A stretch of DNA of 42,719 bases from NCBI GenBank assembly GCA_964386875.1, contig CAYLUK010000002.1, positions 1 to 42,719 of the forward strand, given 5' to 3'. Both the position numbers and the translations under genes were made by a program. Numbering within the stretch: position 1 is the stretch's first letter; the number at the start of each line of letters is the position of its first letter. Shown piece by piece: positions 8,294 through 17,429 of the stretch. This stretch comes from an uncultured Gammaproteobacteria bacterium (lineage in GTDB: Bacteria; Patescibacteriota; Patescibacteriia; 2-01-FULL-39-33). Below the pieces are notes generated by a model. It saw nothing but the letters and a program-made list of their open reading frames with translations. It made no database searches and had not been told where the DNA came from.

Positions 8294-10330
8294 TTATTCC
8301 ACTATCCCCCGCACTTGACCTAAAATCGGATCATCAAACGCAGTAGTAATCGCCTTAATATTCTTGCTGATGTCAGCACCAGTGTCAGCGTCCTTTGCGG
8401 TCAGCACAATTTCTGAAACCAGAATCAATATTCGACCAAGATCATTGTCCGAAGGAGTAATGCTGACATTAAAAGAAGCGTTTGTTCCACTTGTCGACTT
8501 GGGCAGACGAGAAATCATCCAAGTCACCTTATTTGACCCAGCGTTATACACCACATCGCCGGTGTTGTGAGATTCTTTATTACTCCAAGAAATGCTTTGA
8601 GGTAGGGTGATCACCGCCCTAATATCTTTAACATCATGAAGATTATTAGTCAATTCAATATTGATATTATAAGTGGAAGTTTCGCCGACCTTGGGATTAA
8701 TCGGTCCTAAGCCAAGTGGGATATTATCCTCATTATAATATCTGGCACCGGCTGATATGCCCAAATCGGAATTAATGGAATTTACTATCGTCTTGGTGTT
8801 AATCGTCGTCTCACCGCTGGTATCACCTGACTGTTCTAATTTTGCTTCAATGTAGCTCTCAACACTAAACTTGGCAATATCGTCTTGATTGGACACACTG
8901 GCATCCTTAACTCGCACCCGCCAAGATATCTCACCTTCCTCATTGGGCCCAAGCTTAAGCAACTTGGCAATGTCTTTGCCACTCCAACTGATTGTATTGG
9001 TACCAACAATACCACCACTTTCATCGCGCAGGGTTGACCAATCAATAATTTTGGAGTCCAAGTGAGCAATTATTTCAATATTTTCCAAATCTTCTTCGCC
9101 GGTATTTTTGTAATTCAATGAATAGACAAGCAGATCGCCAAAGCCAATCGGCTGGTCTTCAGCCGAACCATTGATAATCAGTTGCATTGTCAGCTGATCT
9201 TTGATAATAGTGGTCACTAGTGTTTCTTCAGCTTGTGGATAATAATCATTTTCCTGCTTAATCTGAACCCTAGCTTTAAACTCCTGATTACCACCAGCTT
9301 CAACAGCAGAATAATCACCACTGACAGTCACCTCACCTTCGGCTCCAGCCAGCATTTTATCTATTGTCCAAATTTCATTTGTCCCGTCATCAGCAGCCGG
9401 ATCGGCCTTATTAAATACAAACCCATCAGGATAATCAATCACTAGTTGTAAATCTACTATATTTTCATCACTGGAATTTTTATATTTTAATTTATATTCA
9501 ACTGTTTGATTGACCAAAGCTTTCTCTGGTCCTGAAATATCCAGTCCAATATTTGAAGATGACACCAAGACATCAACAATCGCATCCTGCTTATAGGTGG
9601 CGTTTAAATTTGCCGGCTTGAAAGTCAAAATTCCCTTAAAAGTCTGGGAGGAGTTAAGCGCTGCCAGCACCTTGCCTTTGATTTCAATCTTCTGGGTTTC
9701 ACCGACCCGCAAGACACTAAAATTCCAAATATTTTGTTTTTCAGATTCGGCTTCAGGCACACCTTCTAAATACTGAAAATTATCAGGATAAAACATTTCC
9801 AACTTAGCATTATATAAATTAATATTCTCCTTATTAGTAATTAATATGGTATAAATCGCTTCTTGACCGGACATAATTGTAATTGGCGGATCAATTTTAA
9901 ATATTACCTTCTCATTAGTGAAGCCATCACCGCCGATAATTCCGGTAAACACCAAAAAGCCGGCAATTGCCACGACCAAAAGCACGGCAAATATGAAGAT
10001 TAAAACATACAAAGCCGACTTCCATTGTGGCCGCTGGGTGCGTTCCAATTTGGTCAAATCAGGAATTTCACCATTACTATCAGTATAAACTTCAGCCAAA
10101 TCTTTCTGAATGTTTTTACCCCGACTCAACCTCAACTTATCTTTAATTTTTTTCATCTTAAATCTACGTCCTTCTTTGCTTGTCGGTTGGGTGTCAACTT
10201 TATCTTGGATTGCGTTTTTTATCTCACTAGTCTTTGGTGGCTGACTTTGTTTGACAATAGTTTTTTTGCTCTTGGTCACGACACTTTCAGACTCGATTGG
10301 CTTTGACTGAAAATTAATTTTATCCTCCAT
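8294..10330 (-). CDS. Membrane-anchored surface protein with DUF11-like (conserved repeat domain) beta-sandwich repeats
   Basis: It has a Lys-rich N-terminus and one TM helix (ALYVLIFIFAVLLVVAIAGFLVF). Repeated modules of about 110 aa follow, of the type ...Y.I.I.N....L.N..L...YPD.F.... Confidence 0.55.
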   Translation of the reverse strand: MEDKINFQSKPIESESVVTKSKKTIVKQSQPPKTSEIKNAIQDKVDTQPTSKEGRRFKMKKIKDKLRLSRGKNIQKDLAEVYTDSNGEIPDLTKLERTQRPQWKSALYVLIFIFAVLLVVAIAGFLVFTGIIGGDGFTNEKVIFKIDPPITIMSGQEAIYTILITNKENINLYNAKLEMFYPDNFQYLEGVPEAESEKQNIWNFSVLRVGETQKIEIKGKVLAALNSSQTFKGILTFKPANLNATYKQDAIVDVLVSSSNIGLDISGPEKALVNQTVEYKLKYKNSSDENIVDLQLVIDYPDGFVFNKADPAADDGTNEIWTIDKMLAGAEGEVTVSGDYSAVEAGGNQEFKARVQIKQENDYYPQAEETLVTTIIKDQLTMQLIINGSAEDQPIGFGDLLVYSLNYKNTGEEDLENIEIIAHLDSKIIDWSTLRDESGGIVGTNTISWSGKDIAKLLKLGPNEEGEISWRVRVKDASVSNQDDIAKFSVESYIEAKLEQSGDTSGETTINTKTIVNSINSDLGISAGARYYNEDNIPLGLGPINPKVGETSTYNINIELTNNLHDVKDIRAVITLPQSISWSNKESHNTGDVVYNAGSNKVTWMISRLPKSTSGTNASFNVSITPSDNDLGRILILVSEIVLTAKDADTGADISKNIKAITTAFDDPILGQVRGIVE

Positions 10331-10372
10331 AATTTTTTTATGACTTATATTAATGAAATAATAATAAAATCT

Positions 10373-13120
10373 CTAATATCTAAAACCAGCCAAATAAAAT
10401 AAATCAGTATCTAAGGTATTTTGATAAATAATTTCCCCGTTATTACCAGTCAAATCTTTAGGATATAAAATCTGGGTTTGGAAATTTTCCGGATAAATTA
10501 ATTTGCTAGAAAAGTCGCCATTATTTGAGCCTGATTGTTTCTGGACTAATAGACTATAAGAATCATAATTTTGTTGTGGCAGTAGCGCCGATGATATCTT
10601 GCCTAGCCAGCTTTTATCTTTTGGTGGTTGATTTGATCCGATTTTAAATGGCAATTTATAAACCAACACCACATCTCTAGATCGACCGGGAGACAAAGTG
10701 AGCCAATTGGCAAAAACAGTCTTCCCTGCTTCATCATATACATTGGTATCAGAATCAAGATCAGTATATGCTAAATTCTCCAATTTCAAATCATCATCCT
10801 CCTCTAAATAATCCGCCGGGTCTTGAAATTCAGATTCAAGCGGTAATTTAAATCCCGAAGCGCTAATCAGCTCACTGCCCAGTGGTACATACACCCGCAA
10901 ATAGCTCCGATTGGCATGGTTGGTAAAATCAGTATCGGTCGGACCAAAGTGATAACGATTAATTAAGACAGTGCCAATGATCGAACCATCAGACATAATC
11001 TGAGCTTGATGATAAATGTTTTGATTTACAACATTGTCAGTCTTGCCACCGCCGATATTGGTCGCGACAACATTAAGATAGTCCTTTTGAGTGTCCTTAA
11101 TACTGCCATCCCAGTTATTTTCAATAACAAATTGATTGGACTTGGCATTAGTCAAGTTTATTAATATATCTTTTTCTTTGAGACCTTTATTTAAAATCGA
11201 GATTAAATCCAAAAACTTATCTGACTGGGCATTAAAAATCTTATCCAAGAGTGATGGCGCCAGATCAACCAGCACCTGTTTGGGCCGGATTTTATCTTCG
11301 GCTTCCAGCTCAATCGCCGTCTGGAGCTCCAACTCAAAATTAGCTGAATTAATAATCTGGCCAGTGGTCGGCAGTTTCACCTCACCCAAAGTGTCCAATA
11401 AATCACCAAACCAATCAGAATTAATCGCAATCACACCATCAATAGTCGGTCCCCCGCTCTTATTATAAAACCAAGAAACCTTTCCGGCTGATGTCGGCCA
11501 ATCAGGCCACCAATTTGAATCTTGAAATTCCCAGCGAGGATTGACCAGTTGCATTGGATTTGGCGACTGAAGCAGATAATTAAACCCCGCCCTGACATCA
11601 TAGGTGCCACCGGCCGGCATATCAATATTTGCCACTTCGCCCGACTTAATATCGACCAAAGCAAAACTTCCCATAAACCCACCTGTCGCCCGAAGCTCAT
11701 TATCATTTTGAAAAATTACTAGATACCGACGAAAATCATTATCACCCAAAAAATCAAGCGCAAAATCAGACATCTCATCAAATTTTTCTAAGCTACTGAT
11801 AAAAATTGGTAGCTTTGCTTTGAGACTAGTAAACTGATCTTGATAATTTTCCGGCAAATGATTTTCTTTCACTTTTAATAAATTTTCATTGGCAAGTATC
11901 AGCTCTGCAACGACTTGCTGATTAATCAGCTTAAACTTTTTAATCTTGTCAGTTAAGGTTAAATTTGAATCAGCTTGTAAAATCTGAAGTCCGCCAAGCG
12001 TATATTCACCGGCAATAGACAAATGCTCTCCCAAATCAAGCAAATTTTTACCACTTCTGAAAGTATTGCCAGTCGGAATAACTTCAGCTAAGACCGTCAA
12101 AAATGATTTAACATCGTCAAGCTGTTTCTCAGCCGAGACAAAGTCTTGAGTTGCGAGTGAAAAATAATCACCGGCTGACTTGAAATTCATGTCCTTGACA
12201 TTGTCTTGAGCCAAATTCAAATTTTTAAGTGCCCGTTCAGTCTGGCCGAGGACCTTACCCTTGGTCTCTTGAATTTGTTGCCAATAATTTACTGAAATTA
12301 ATGGCAGAACTATCACCAATGAGATGATGACAAAAGATGCCAGCGATCGCCAAGAAATATCTTCAATTTTAAAAATACTTTTAATATTGGGCACAAAAAA
12401 CTCAGTCCAAAACTTCTTTGGCTGAGTCTTCTTCTTAAATAGTTTTGTTTTGGGAGCGTGTATCTTTTGTGCTTGAACCGGCAAATCAGATTCAATATCT
12501 TCTACTCGACTAGTTTGAGTTGAAAAATATATTACCTCATCTCTTTGACGCATCACTTGCGATTGCCAAAAGTATCTCACTAGCAAGTCAATCACCTGAA
12601 GTATCCTGCTAATTCCGGCAGCAAAAAAATATATCAGATTTATCAAGGACACATCCTGCCAAATTAGAAATTCCTTATTCAGCCTGCCCTTTTTCAAAAG
12701 TAGTGGTGGTTTGGGCGACAAATCCACCGGATAGAATAATTTTCTTATTAATTTAAATAAATATATCCCCAGTCTTTTAAAAAACAAATATATTTCACTT
12801 TTTTCATATGATAAAAAATCAAAAACATACAGCTTAGCCAATAGGTCTCCACCCGGTAAGCTTTGGTAGTCAACAATCCGCTCCCTACTAGTCGGCCTGA
12901 CCTTTTCAATCTGCTTAATAGTGGATAAGTCCAACATATGAGGCGACCAGTAAACGCCTAATGGTTCATTAATAATATTAATCCCCACCTCTTTATTGCC
13001 CCATTGGGAAGTCAAAGCTTTTTTATTGTCAATATTTTTGACCGACCTTGACCCACTTCCTTTGGTTTTGGAGCTGGTTTTGGTTATATTTTTGATAGTT
13101 TTCTTTGTCACCTTTACCAA
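10373..13120 (-). CDS. DUF4012 domain-containing membrane protein
   Basis: The hallmark DUF4012 core is present: FLGDNDFRRYLVIFQNDNELRATGGFMGSFALVDIKSGEV...PAGGTYDV. TM segments lie N-terminal to it. Length is 915 aa. Confidence 0.7.
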   Translation of the reverse strand: MVKVTKKTIKNITKTSSKTKGSGSRSVKNIDNKKALTSQWGNKEVGINIINEPLGVYWSPHMLDLSTIKQIEKVRPTSRERIVDYQSLPGGDLLAKLYVFDFLSYEKSEIYLFFKRLGIYLFKLIRKLFYPVDLSPKPPLLLKKGRLNKEFLIWQDVSLINLIYFFAAGISRILQVIDLLVRYFWQSQVMRQRDEVIYFSTQTSRVEDIESDLPVQAQKIHAPKTKLFKKKTQPKKFWTEFFVPNIKSIFKIEDISWRSLASFVIISLVIVLPLISVNYWQQIQETKGKVLGQTERALKNLNLAQDNVKDMNFKSAGDYFSLATQDFVSAEKQLDDVKSFLTVLAEVIPTGNTFRSGKNLLDLGEHLSIAGEYTLGGLQILQADSNLTLTDKIKKFKLINQQVVAELILANENLLKVKENHLPENYQDQFTSLKAKLPIFISSLEKFDEMSDFALDFLGDNDFRRYLVIFQNDNELRATGGFMGSFALVDIKSGEVANIDMPAGGTYDVRAGFNYLLQSPNPMQLVNPRWEFQDSNWWPDWPTSAGKVSWFYNKSGGPTIDGVIAINSDWFGDLLDTLGEVKLPTTGQIINSANFELELQTAIELEAEDKIRPKQVLVDLAPSLLDKIFNAQSDKFLDLISILNKGLKEKDILINLTNAKSNQFVIENNWDGSIKDTQKDYLNVVATNIGGGKTDNVVNQNIYHQAQIMSDGSIIGTVLINRYHFGPTDTDFTNHANRSYLRVYVPLGSELISASGFKLPLESEFQDPADYLEEDDDLKLENLAYTDLDSDTNVYDEAGKTVFANWLTLSPGRSRDVVLVYKLPFKIGSNQPPKDKSWLGKISSALLPQQNYDSYSLLVQKQSGSNNGDFSSKLIYPENFQTQILYPKDLTGNNGEIIYQNTLDTDLFYLAGFRY

Positions 13121-13274
13121 TTAAAAGAATTTATAAGCTAATCATAATATGACTCAAAATTTTATTTAAATTTAAGCACATATAGATTCATAAATTGCTT
13201 TTATTATAACATAAATTAGACCATTGAAACAAATTTATTTTAAGTGTGGATAAATAACAATAATTCTGTCTTGC

Positions 13275-13302
13275 TTGACAATATTTATAATTGTGCTATT
13301 AT
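13275..13302 (+). promoter_or_regulatory. Candidate promoter for the 13309-13526 RNA
   Basis: It reads TTGACA (13275-13280), a 16-nt spacer, then TATTAT (13297-13302). Confidence 0.5.
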
Positions 13303-13308
13303 GTTTAA

Positions 13309-13526
13309 AGTACCTTACTTTTAACACTGATATTGCTCTGCCCACCCAATTACAGAGCAATCGCCGAGATCGCCGTTTCCCCCGACAGCACTCGGCCCGA
13401 GCAGACATCCAAAGCCCCTTGCAAGCAGCGAAAAGGATGTCTGCCCTCCAATCCCCCCCTCAAGCCAACTAGTGTTCACACCGAATACTTCACAAAGGTG
13501 TTGGCTTGGGGGGGCTTTTTATTTTT
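13309..13526 (+). ncRNA. Unidentified ~215-nt structured RNA with a very strong intrinsic terminator
   Basis: This G+C-rich island sits in an AT-rich 490-bp intergenic region on the strand opposite all neighbouring genes. Hairpins are ATTGCTCT (13332-13339) with AGAGCAAT (13354-13361), and GCAGACATCC (13401-13410) with GGATGTCTGC (13435-13444). The terminator pairs CCCCCCCTCAAGCCAAC (13453-13469) with GTTGGCTTGGGGGGG (13500-13514), followed by CTTTTTATTTTT. Confidence 0.5.
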
Positions 13527-13548
13527 CCGACATATTTATATTTTTCTG

Positions 13549-13585
13549 AAAGAATACCGCTAATGTAATATCAGCGGTATTCTTT
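13549..13585 (-). terminator. Hairpin downstream of the glycosyltransferase operon (possibly bidirectional)
   Basis: A 13-bp stem pairs AAAGAATACCGCT (13549-13561) with AGCGGTATTCTTT (13573-13585). T-rich sequence lies on the plus side. Confidence 0.45.
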
Positions 13586-13610
13586 ATTTCGTTTTGAATT
13601 ATATAAGTCA

Positions 13611-14774
13611 TTAATATAACCCCAAAGTTTCTTGAGCGCACTTTTCCCAAGAATATTTGTCAGCATTTTCATAGCCACGCTTGATTAAATCCTGCCGTAA
13701 ATTATCATCGGACAAAATAATTTTAATCTTATCAGCTATATCAACTGAATTGTTCGGATCAAAATATATCGCGCCACCACTCAGAATTTCTGGCAGACAG
13801 GTCGTGTTTGAACTGACGACCGCCAAACCAGCTTTCTGGGCTTCCAGCGGTGGCAAGCCAAATCCCTCAATTAAGCTAGGGAAAACGTAACAACTAGCCC
13901 CTTGATACAAACCAGACAAATCATGATCGCTTAAATAATCAGTAATAACAATTCTTTCAGATAAAGCTTGATATTTTTCTTTGATATGTTTTTCTAATCC
14001 AGTATAAAAAAAATCTTTCTTGCCGACGAGTACCAATTTTAAATCATCCCTACTTTTAATTATCTGATCAAAGGCAGAAATTAATCTCTCTAAATTTTTA
14101 TGTGGATATGCTGATCCAATATATAAAAGATAGTTGTTTTGAGTTAAATTAAATTTTGATAATATCGACTCATAATTTTCTTTAATGGCTATTTGAGCAT
14201 CAATACCCTCATAAGTAACAAAAATTTTATCAGCCGACGCGCCTAAAGTATGAATAATATCTTTTTTAGAATACTGCGACACAGTAATTATTTTATCCGC
14301 TCTTTTGGCAGTTGATTTTATAATTAATCCATAAAAAAATAATTTTATCTTATATAATATCGGACTTAAAGTTGTGGCGCGACTATCAGGATGGTGAGTG
14401 ATAATTAGATCATGAATAGTGACGATAAATCTTTTCTTAAATAACAATGGAACATTAAAATGAGTAAAATGAATCAGATCTAATTTATATTTTTTTATAA
14501 GTCGAGGAAATAATAACTGTTCCTGCCATGAATATGCTTTAAAATCTGCTACCACCTTCTTAAAATTTTGATGCTTGGGCTGATAGTCGTCAAAATTATC
14601 ACAACTCATAAAAACAACATAATCGTTTTGACGATCAATCTTTTCTAAACTTTCAATCAAATTTTGAGTGTATCGCCCAATGCCACGATGTTTTGTGCCA
14701 AATAGACGAGCATCAATACCAATTTTTCCGCCAGAGGCAGACTTAAATCCTTTGGCTGGTATGTCATTATTCAT
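13611..14774 (-). CDS. Glycosyltransferase family 4 (GT-B)
   Basis: The N-terminus is KIGIDARLFG..HRGIGRY. The C-terminal motif FPSLIEGFGLPPLEAQKAGLAVVSS carries the EX7E-type GT4 signature. The ATGA start overlaps the upstream gene. Confidence 0.8.
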   Translation of the reverse strand: MNNDIPAKGFKSASGGKIGIDARLFGTKHRGIGRYTQNLIESLEKIDRQNDYVVFMSCDNFDDYQPKHQNFKKVVADFKAYSWQEQLLFPRLIKKYKLDLIHFTHFNVPLLFKKRFIVTIHDLIITHHPDSRATTLSPILYKIKLFFYGLIIKSTAKRADKIITVSQYSKKDIIHTLGASADKIFVTYEGIDAQIAIKENYESILSKFNLTQNNYLLYIGSAYPHKNLERLISAFDQIIKSRDDLKLVLVGKKDFFYTGLEKHIKEKYQALSERIVITDYLSDHDLSGLYQGASCYVFPSLIEGFGLPPLEAQKAGLAVVSSNTTCLPEILSGGAIYFDPNNSVDIADKIKIILSDDNLRQDLIKRGYENADKYSWEKCAQETLGLY

Positions 14775-15880
14775 ATAGTTTTTAAAATTTCTAAAACTTG
14801 CTTAGCCGTCTTGTCCCAACTGAAATTTTGGCTTCGCTTTAATCCTCTACTAGCCAGCTCTCCGGCAAAATCTTTATTTTCAATAATTAGCTCCATCGCC
14901 TTCTTAATCTCATTAATATTATAAGGATTGATTATTAGTCCGGCATCGGCCACAATCTCACCTTGAGATGAATTATTGCCACAAATCACTGGACAACCGC
15001 AGGCCATCGCTTCCAATAGTGGCAAGCCAAATCCTTCATAATATGACGGATAAACCAGACACGATGCTAGACTATAGACAGCTGGCTTGTCCAATTCATC
15101 AATATACCCAATTAGTTTTATATTAGCATTTTCCTTGGCTAATTTATAGATCATATCTGTTTTCCAGCCCTGACCACCGCCAATTACCAGCTGATGATCA
15201 GTATCCATCTGATTATAAGCCTCAATAATACTTTCAATGTTCTTTCTCGGTTCTAGTGTCCCCAAATAAAAAATAAATTTATCTTTCAAGCCATATTTAT
15301 TTCTGACTTCAGCTAGCTTATTATCGTCAATAATCCGCTGATATTTATCATCAACTCCCAGATAAATTACTTTGATTTTATCGACGCTAATATTGAGTAA
15401 ATCAATCAAATCTCTTTTGGTGCTAATTGAATCCGCCACAATGACATCGGCCGACTTCAGAATATTTTTGGCTAGAATCAGCTTGTGCCACAACCACATT
15501 TTGATTGAAAAGAATTCTGGATTTTGTAAAAACGACAAGTCATGCACTACCACCACTTTATTACAAACACCAGTCAATGAAATAAAATGAAAATTGGGTA
15601 CTAAAAACACATCAACACCGCCAACCAGCTTATCAATTTTGGGCCAGCTTACAAAATTTACGACCAAATTAAATATTTTGTTTGGATAATTAAAGCCGAC
15701 ATATTTGACATTATCAAATTCAAATTTCGGCAATTCAACTTGATGCGCCGAATTGTAAAAAAGTAAATATTGATTTTGCTTATCCAATTCAAACAAAGAT
15801 TTTAGAATATTAAAAGTATACCAGCCGACCCCGGAATAATTCTTGTCCATTAGTGATCTGACATCAATGCCGATTTTCAT
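14771..15880 (-). CDS. Glycosyltransferase family 4 (GT-B)
   Basis: Motifs are MKIGIDVRSL and YPSYYEGFGLPLLEAMACGCPVICGNNSS. Confidence 0.8.
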   Translation of the reverse strand: MKIGIDVRSLMDKNYSGVGWYTFNILKSLFELDKQNQYLLFYNSAHQVELPKFEFDNVKYVGFNYPNKIFNLVVNFVSWPKIDKLVGGVDVFLVPNFHFISLTGVCNKVVVVHDLSFLQNPEFFSIKMWLWHKLILAKNILKSADVIVADSISTKRDLIDLLNISVDKIKVIYLGVDDKYQRIIDDNKLAEVRNKYGLKDKFIFYLGTLEPRKNIESIIEAYNQMDTDHQLVIGGGQGWKTDMIYKLAKENANIKLIGYIDELDKPAVYSLASCLVYPSYYEGFGLPLLEAMACGCPVICGNNSSQGEIVADAGLIINPYNINEIKKAMELIIENKDFAGELASRGLKRSQNFSWDKTAKQVLEILKTI

Positions 15881-15998
15881 CCCTGTAGAAAAATTTTGAA
15901 CATTAACTGTAATAAAGATAATAATTCAAAGATTCTTAATTATGATTTATTAATTAGTCCCTTATAGATAAAAAAATATTCAAAATTTCTCTACAGGG
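15881..15998. mobile_element. MITE-like element with 20-bp terminal inverted repeats (CCCTGTAGA family), copy A
   Basis: The TIRs are CCCTGTAGAAAAATTTTGAA (15881-15900) and TTCAAAATTTCTCTACAGGG (15979-15998), matching 19/20. A direct CAT flanks it on both sides (15878-15880 and 15999-16001). Removing the element plus one CAT leaves TAA-T-ATG between the two GT genes. Confidence 0.65.
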
Positions 15999-16002
15999 CA
16001 TA

Positions 16003-17094
16003 TTATTTATTGTTGTTTATTTGATCAATCAGATATTTTATTTTTGAGACAAAATTATCAACGCTGAATTTCTGCGCATAATTTTTTATAATTTCAGGAT
16101 TATACTGGTGGTGGTTAAATCTAATAATCTTGTCAGCTAATTCTTCCCAAATTTGCTCATCAAAAAATTCGCCGGTAACGCCGTCAATCACTGTCTCGGT
16201 GGCACCGCCAGCCCGATAAGCAATTACGGGTCGGCCTGAAGCCATCGCCTCAATCGTAGTAATGCCAAAATCTTCCTCTTGCGGGTTAAGATAAGCGATA
16301 CAATCAGCAAACAGCTCTTTTTTCTTTTCATTACTTACTTTACCAAGAAATTCAACATTTGGCTTGGCCATCTTTTTCAAAAAATTAATTTCCGGACCGA
16401 CGCCAAATACTTTTAGTGGAATACCCAGTCGAGAAAACGCCTGAACTGCCAAGTTAATCTTTTTGTATGGCACTAGTCGTCCGCCCGCCAGATAATATTT
16501 CTTTGGGTTGTCTGATATGGAAAATTTATCAATTTCTACTGGTGGAAATATCACCTCACTCTCTCGGCTATAATATTTTCTAATTCTATCTTTGACTGTG
16601 TCAGAGATAGCAATGAATTTATCCACCCGATCAGCCGCCAGCCTGTCCCACTGACGAAGCTTTCGTAAAGTCAGAGGCAAAAGACTTTTAACTATCGGAT
16701 TGACTTTAAGCTCTTGAATGTATGAGTAGGTATCGGTCCATAAATATCTAGTCGGCGTATAACAATAACAAATATGAATACTGGACGGTTTGGTAATAAT
16801 CCCCTTAGCAAAGCCGGACGCGCTGGAAATTATCACATCATAATCCATTAAATTGTAATTTTCCACTGCTAGTGGCATCAACGACAGATACCACTGATAA
16901 CGCGAGACACCCAGAGGAATTCTCTGAAGAAATGATGTTCTAATATCCTTATCAATAAAATACGGATTAGTATGCTTTTTGTCATATATCAACGTGAAAA
17001 TAGGCGCCTGGGGAAACATTTCCATCAGCACCTTGAGCACCAGCTCCGCCCCTCCGTCTTGAGCCAAATGATCATGGACTAGAGCAATCTTCAT
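16003..17094 (-). CDS. Glycosyltransferase family 4 (GT-B)
   Basis: Motifs are MKIALVHDHLAQDGGAE and NPQEEDFGITTIEAMASGRPVIAYRAGG. Confidence 0.8.
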   Translation of the reverse strand: MKIALVHDHLAQDGGAELVLKVLMEMFPQAPIFTLIYDKKHTNPYFIDKDIRTSFLQRIPLGVSRYQWYLSLMPLAVENYNLMDYDVIISSASGFAKGIITKPSSIHICYCYTPTRYLWTDTYSYIQELKVNPIVKSLLPLTLRKLRQWDRLAADRVDKFIAISDTVKDRIRKYYSRESEVIFPPVEIDKFSISDNPKKYYLAGGRLVPYKKINLAVQAFSRLGIPLKVFGVGPEINFLKKMAKPNVEFLGKVSNEKKKELFADCIAYLNPQEEDFGITTIEAMASGRPVIAYRAGGATETVIDGVTGEFFDEQIWEELADKIIRFNHHQYNPEIIKNYAQKFSVDNFVSKIKYLIDQINNNK

Positions 17095-17118
17095 ATTAGA
17101 AGTTTAGCCAAATTAGCC

Positions 17119-17189
17119 ATTTTTGGCAACCCTGTTGAATAAAAAATTCTTTCAGAATTTTTGGCAACAAAGTTTCCTATTCAACAGGG
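17119..17189. repeat. Inverted and direct repeat cluster upstream of the GT gene
   Basis: The inverted repeat is ACCCTGTTGAATA (17129-17141) with TATTCAACAGGGT (17178-17190). The direct repeat ATTTTTGGCAAC occurs at 17119-17130 and 17157-17168. Confidence 0.6.
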
Positions 17190-17192
17190 TAA

Positions 17193-17220
17193 ATAAAAAA
17201 AACTCAGCTCGTGCTGAGTT
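17193..17220 (-). terminator. Intrinsic terminator (usable on both strands)
   Basis: The stem pairs AACTCAGC (17201-17208) with GCTGAGTT (17213-17220) around a TCGT loop. An A-run lies upstream and a T-run downstream. Confidence 0.65.
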
Positions 17221-17231
17221 TAAAGATTGCG

Positions 17232-17396
17232 TCAATTGTTAAAAGATTCTCTTAGGCCAATATACCAGAAGACAGGCCAAATTAAAGATGCCAAGAAACT
17301 GAGACGAAACTTATTGCAAAACCTGCTATTTGATTCTATAAACGCCAAAGTGAATAAAAATCCGAATATATATCCAAGTACATATAAAAGAATCAT
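17232..17396 (-). CDS. Small hydrophobic protein (54 aa), hypothetical
   Basis: It falls below the ORF-track size cut-off. The ATG at 17396 is preceded by AGGAGG 8 nt upstream. Translation is MILLYVLGYIFGFLFTLAFIESNSRFCNKFRLSFLASLIWPVFWYIGLRESFNN, with predicted TM helices. Confidence 0.4.
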   Translation of the reverse strand: MILLYVLGYIFGFLFTLAFIESNSRFCNKFRLSFLASLIWPVFWYIGLRESFNN

Positions 17397-17429
17397 GTCT
17401 CGCGTCCTCCTGTTGGTTGTAATGTACTA

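Noticed and set aside
13245-13253. Perfect DnaA-box 9-mers occur at 13245-13253 (TGTGGATAA) and 36981-36989 (TTATCCACA), raising the possibility of a replication origin.
   Set aside because: They are single isolated boxes 23 kb apart with no cluster of boxes. There is no dnaA or dnaN gene and no switch in gene orientation across the window. Chance occurrence or local DnaA-dependent regulation is more likely than oriC.
13275-13563. Plus-strand ORFs of 65 and 76 aa lie in the 13.1-13.6 kb gap.
   Set aside because: They start at or before the predicted -35 element or run through the strong terminator hairpin. Their translations are Pro/Arg/Ser-rich. The region is better explained as a structured RNA.
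15881-15998. The CCCTGTAGA inverted repeats could mark an invertible promoter (phase-variation inverton) in the glycan operon.
   Set aside because: The 78-bp interior is very short for recombinase-mediated inversion. I could not find a convincing promoter inside it, and no recombinase gene is in the window. The CAT and TTGA flank duplications favour insertion of a mobile element. Checking reads for both orientations is still worthwhile.
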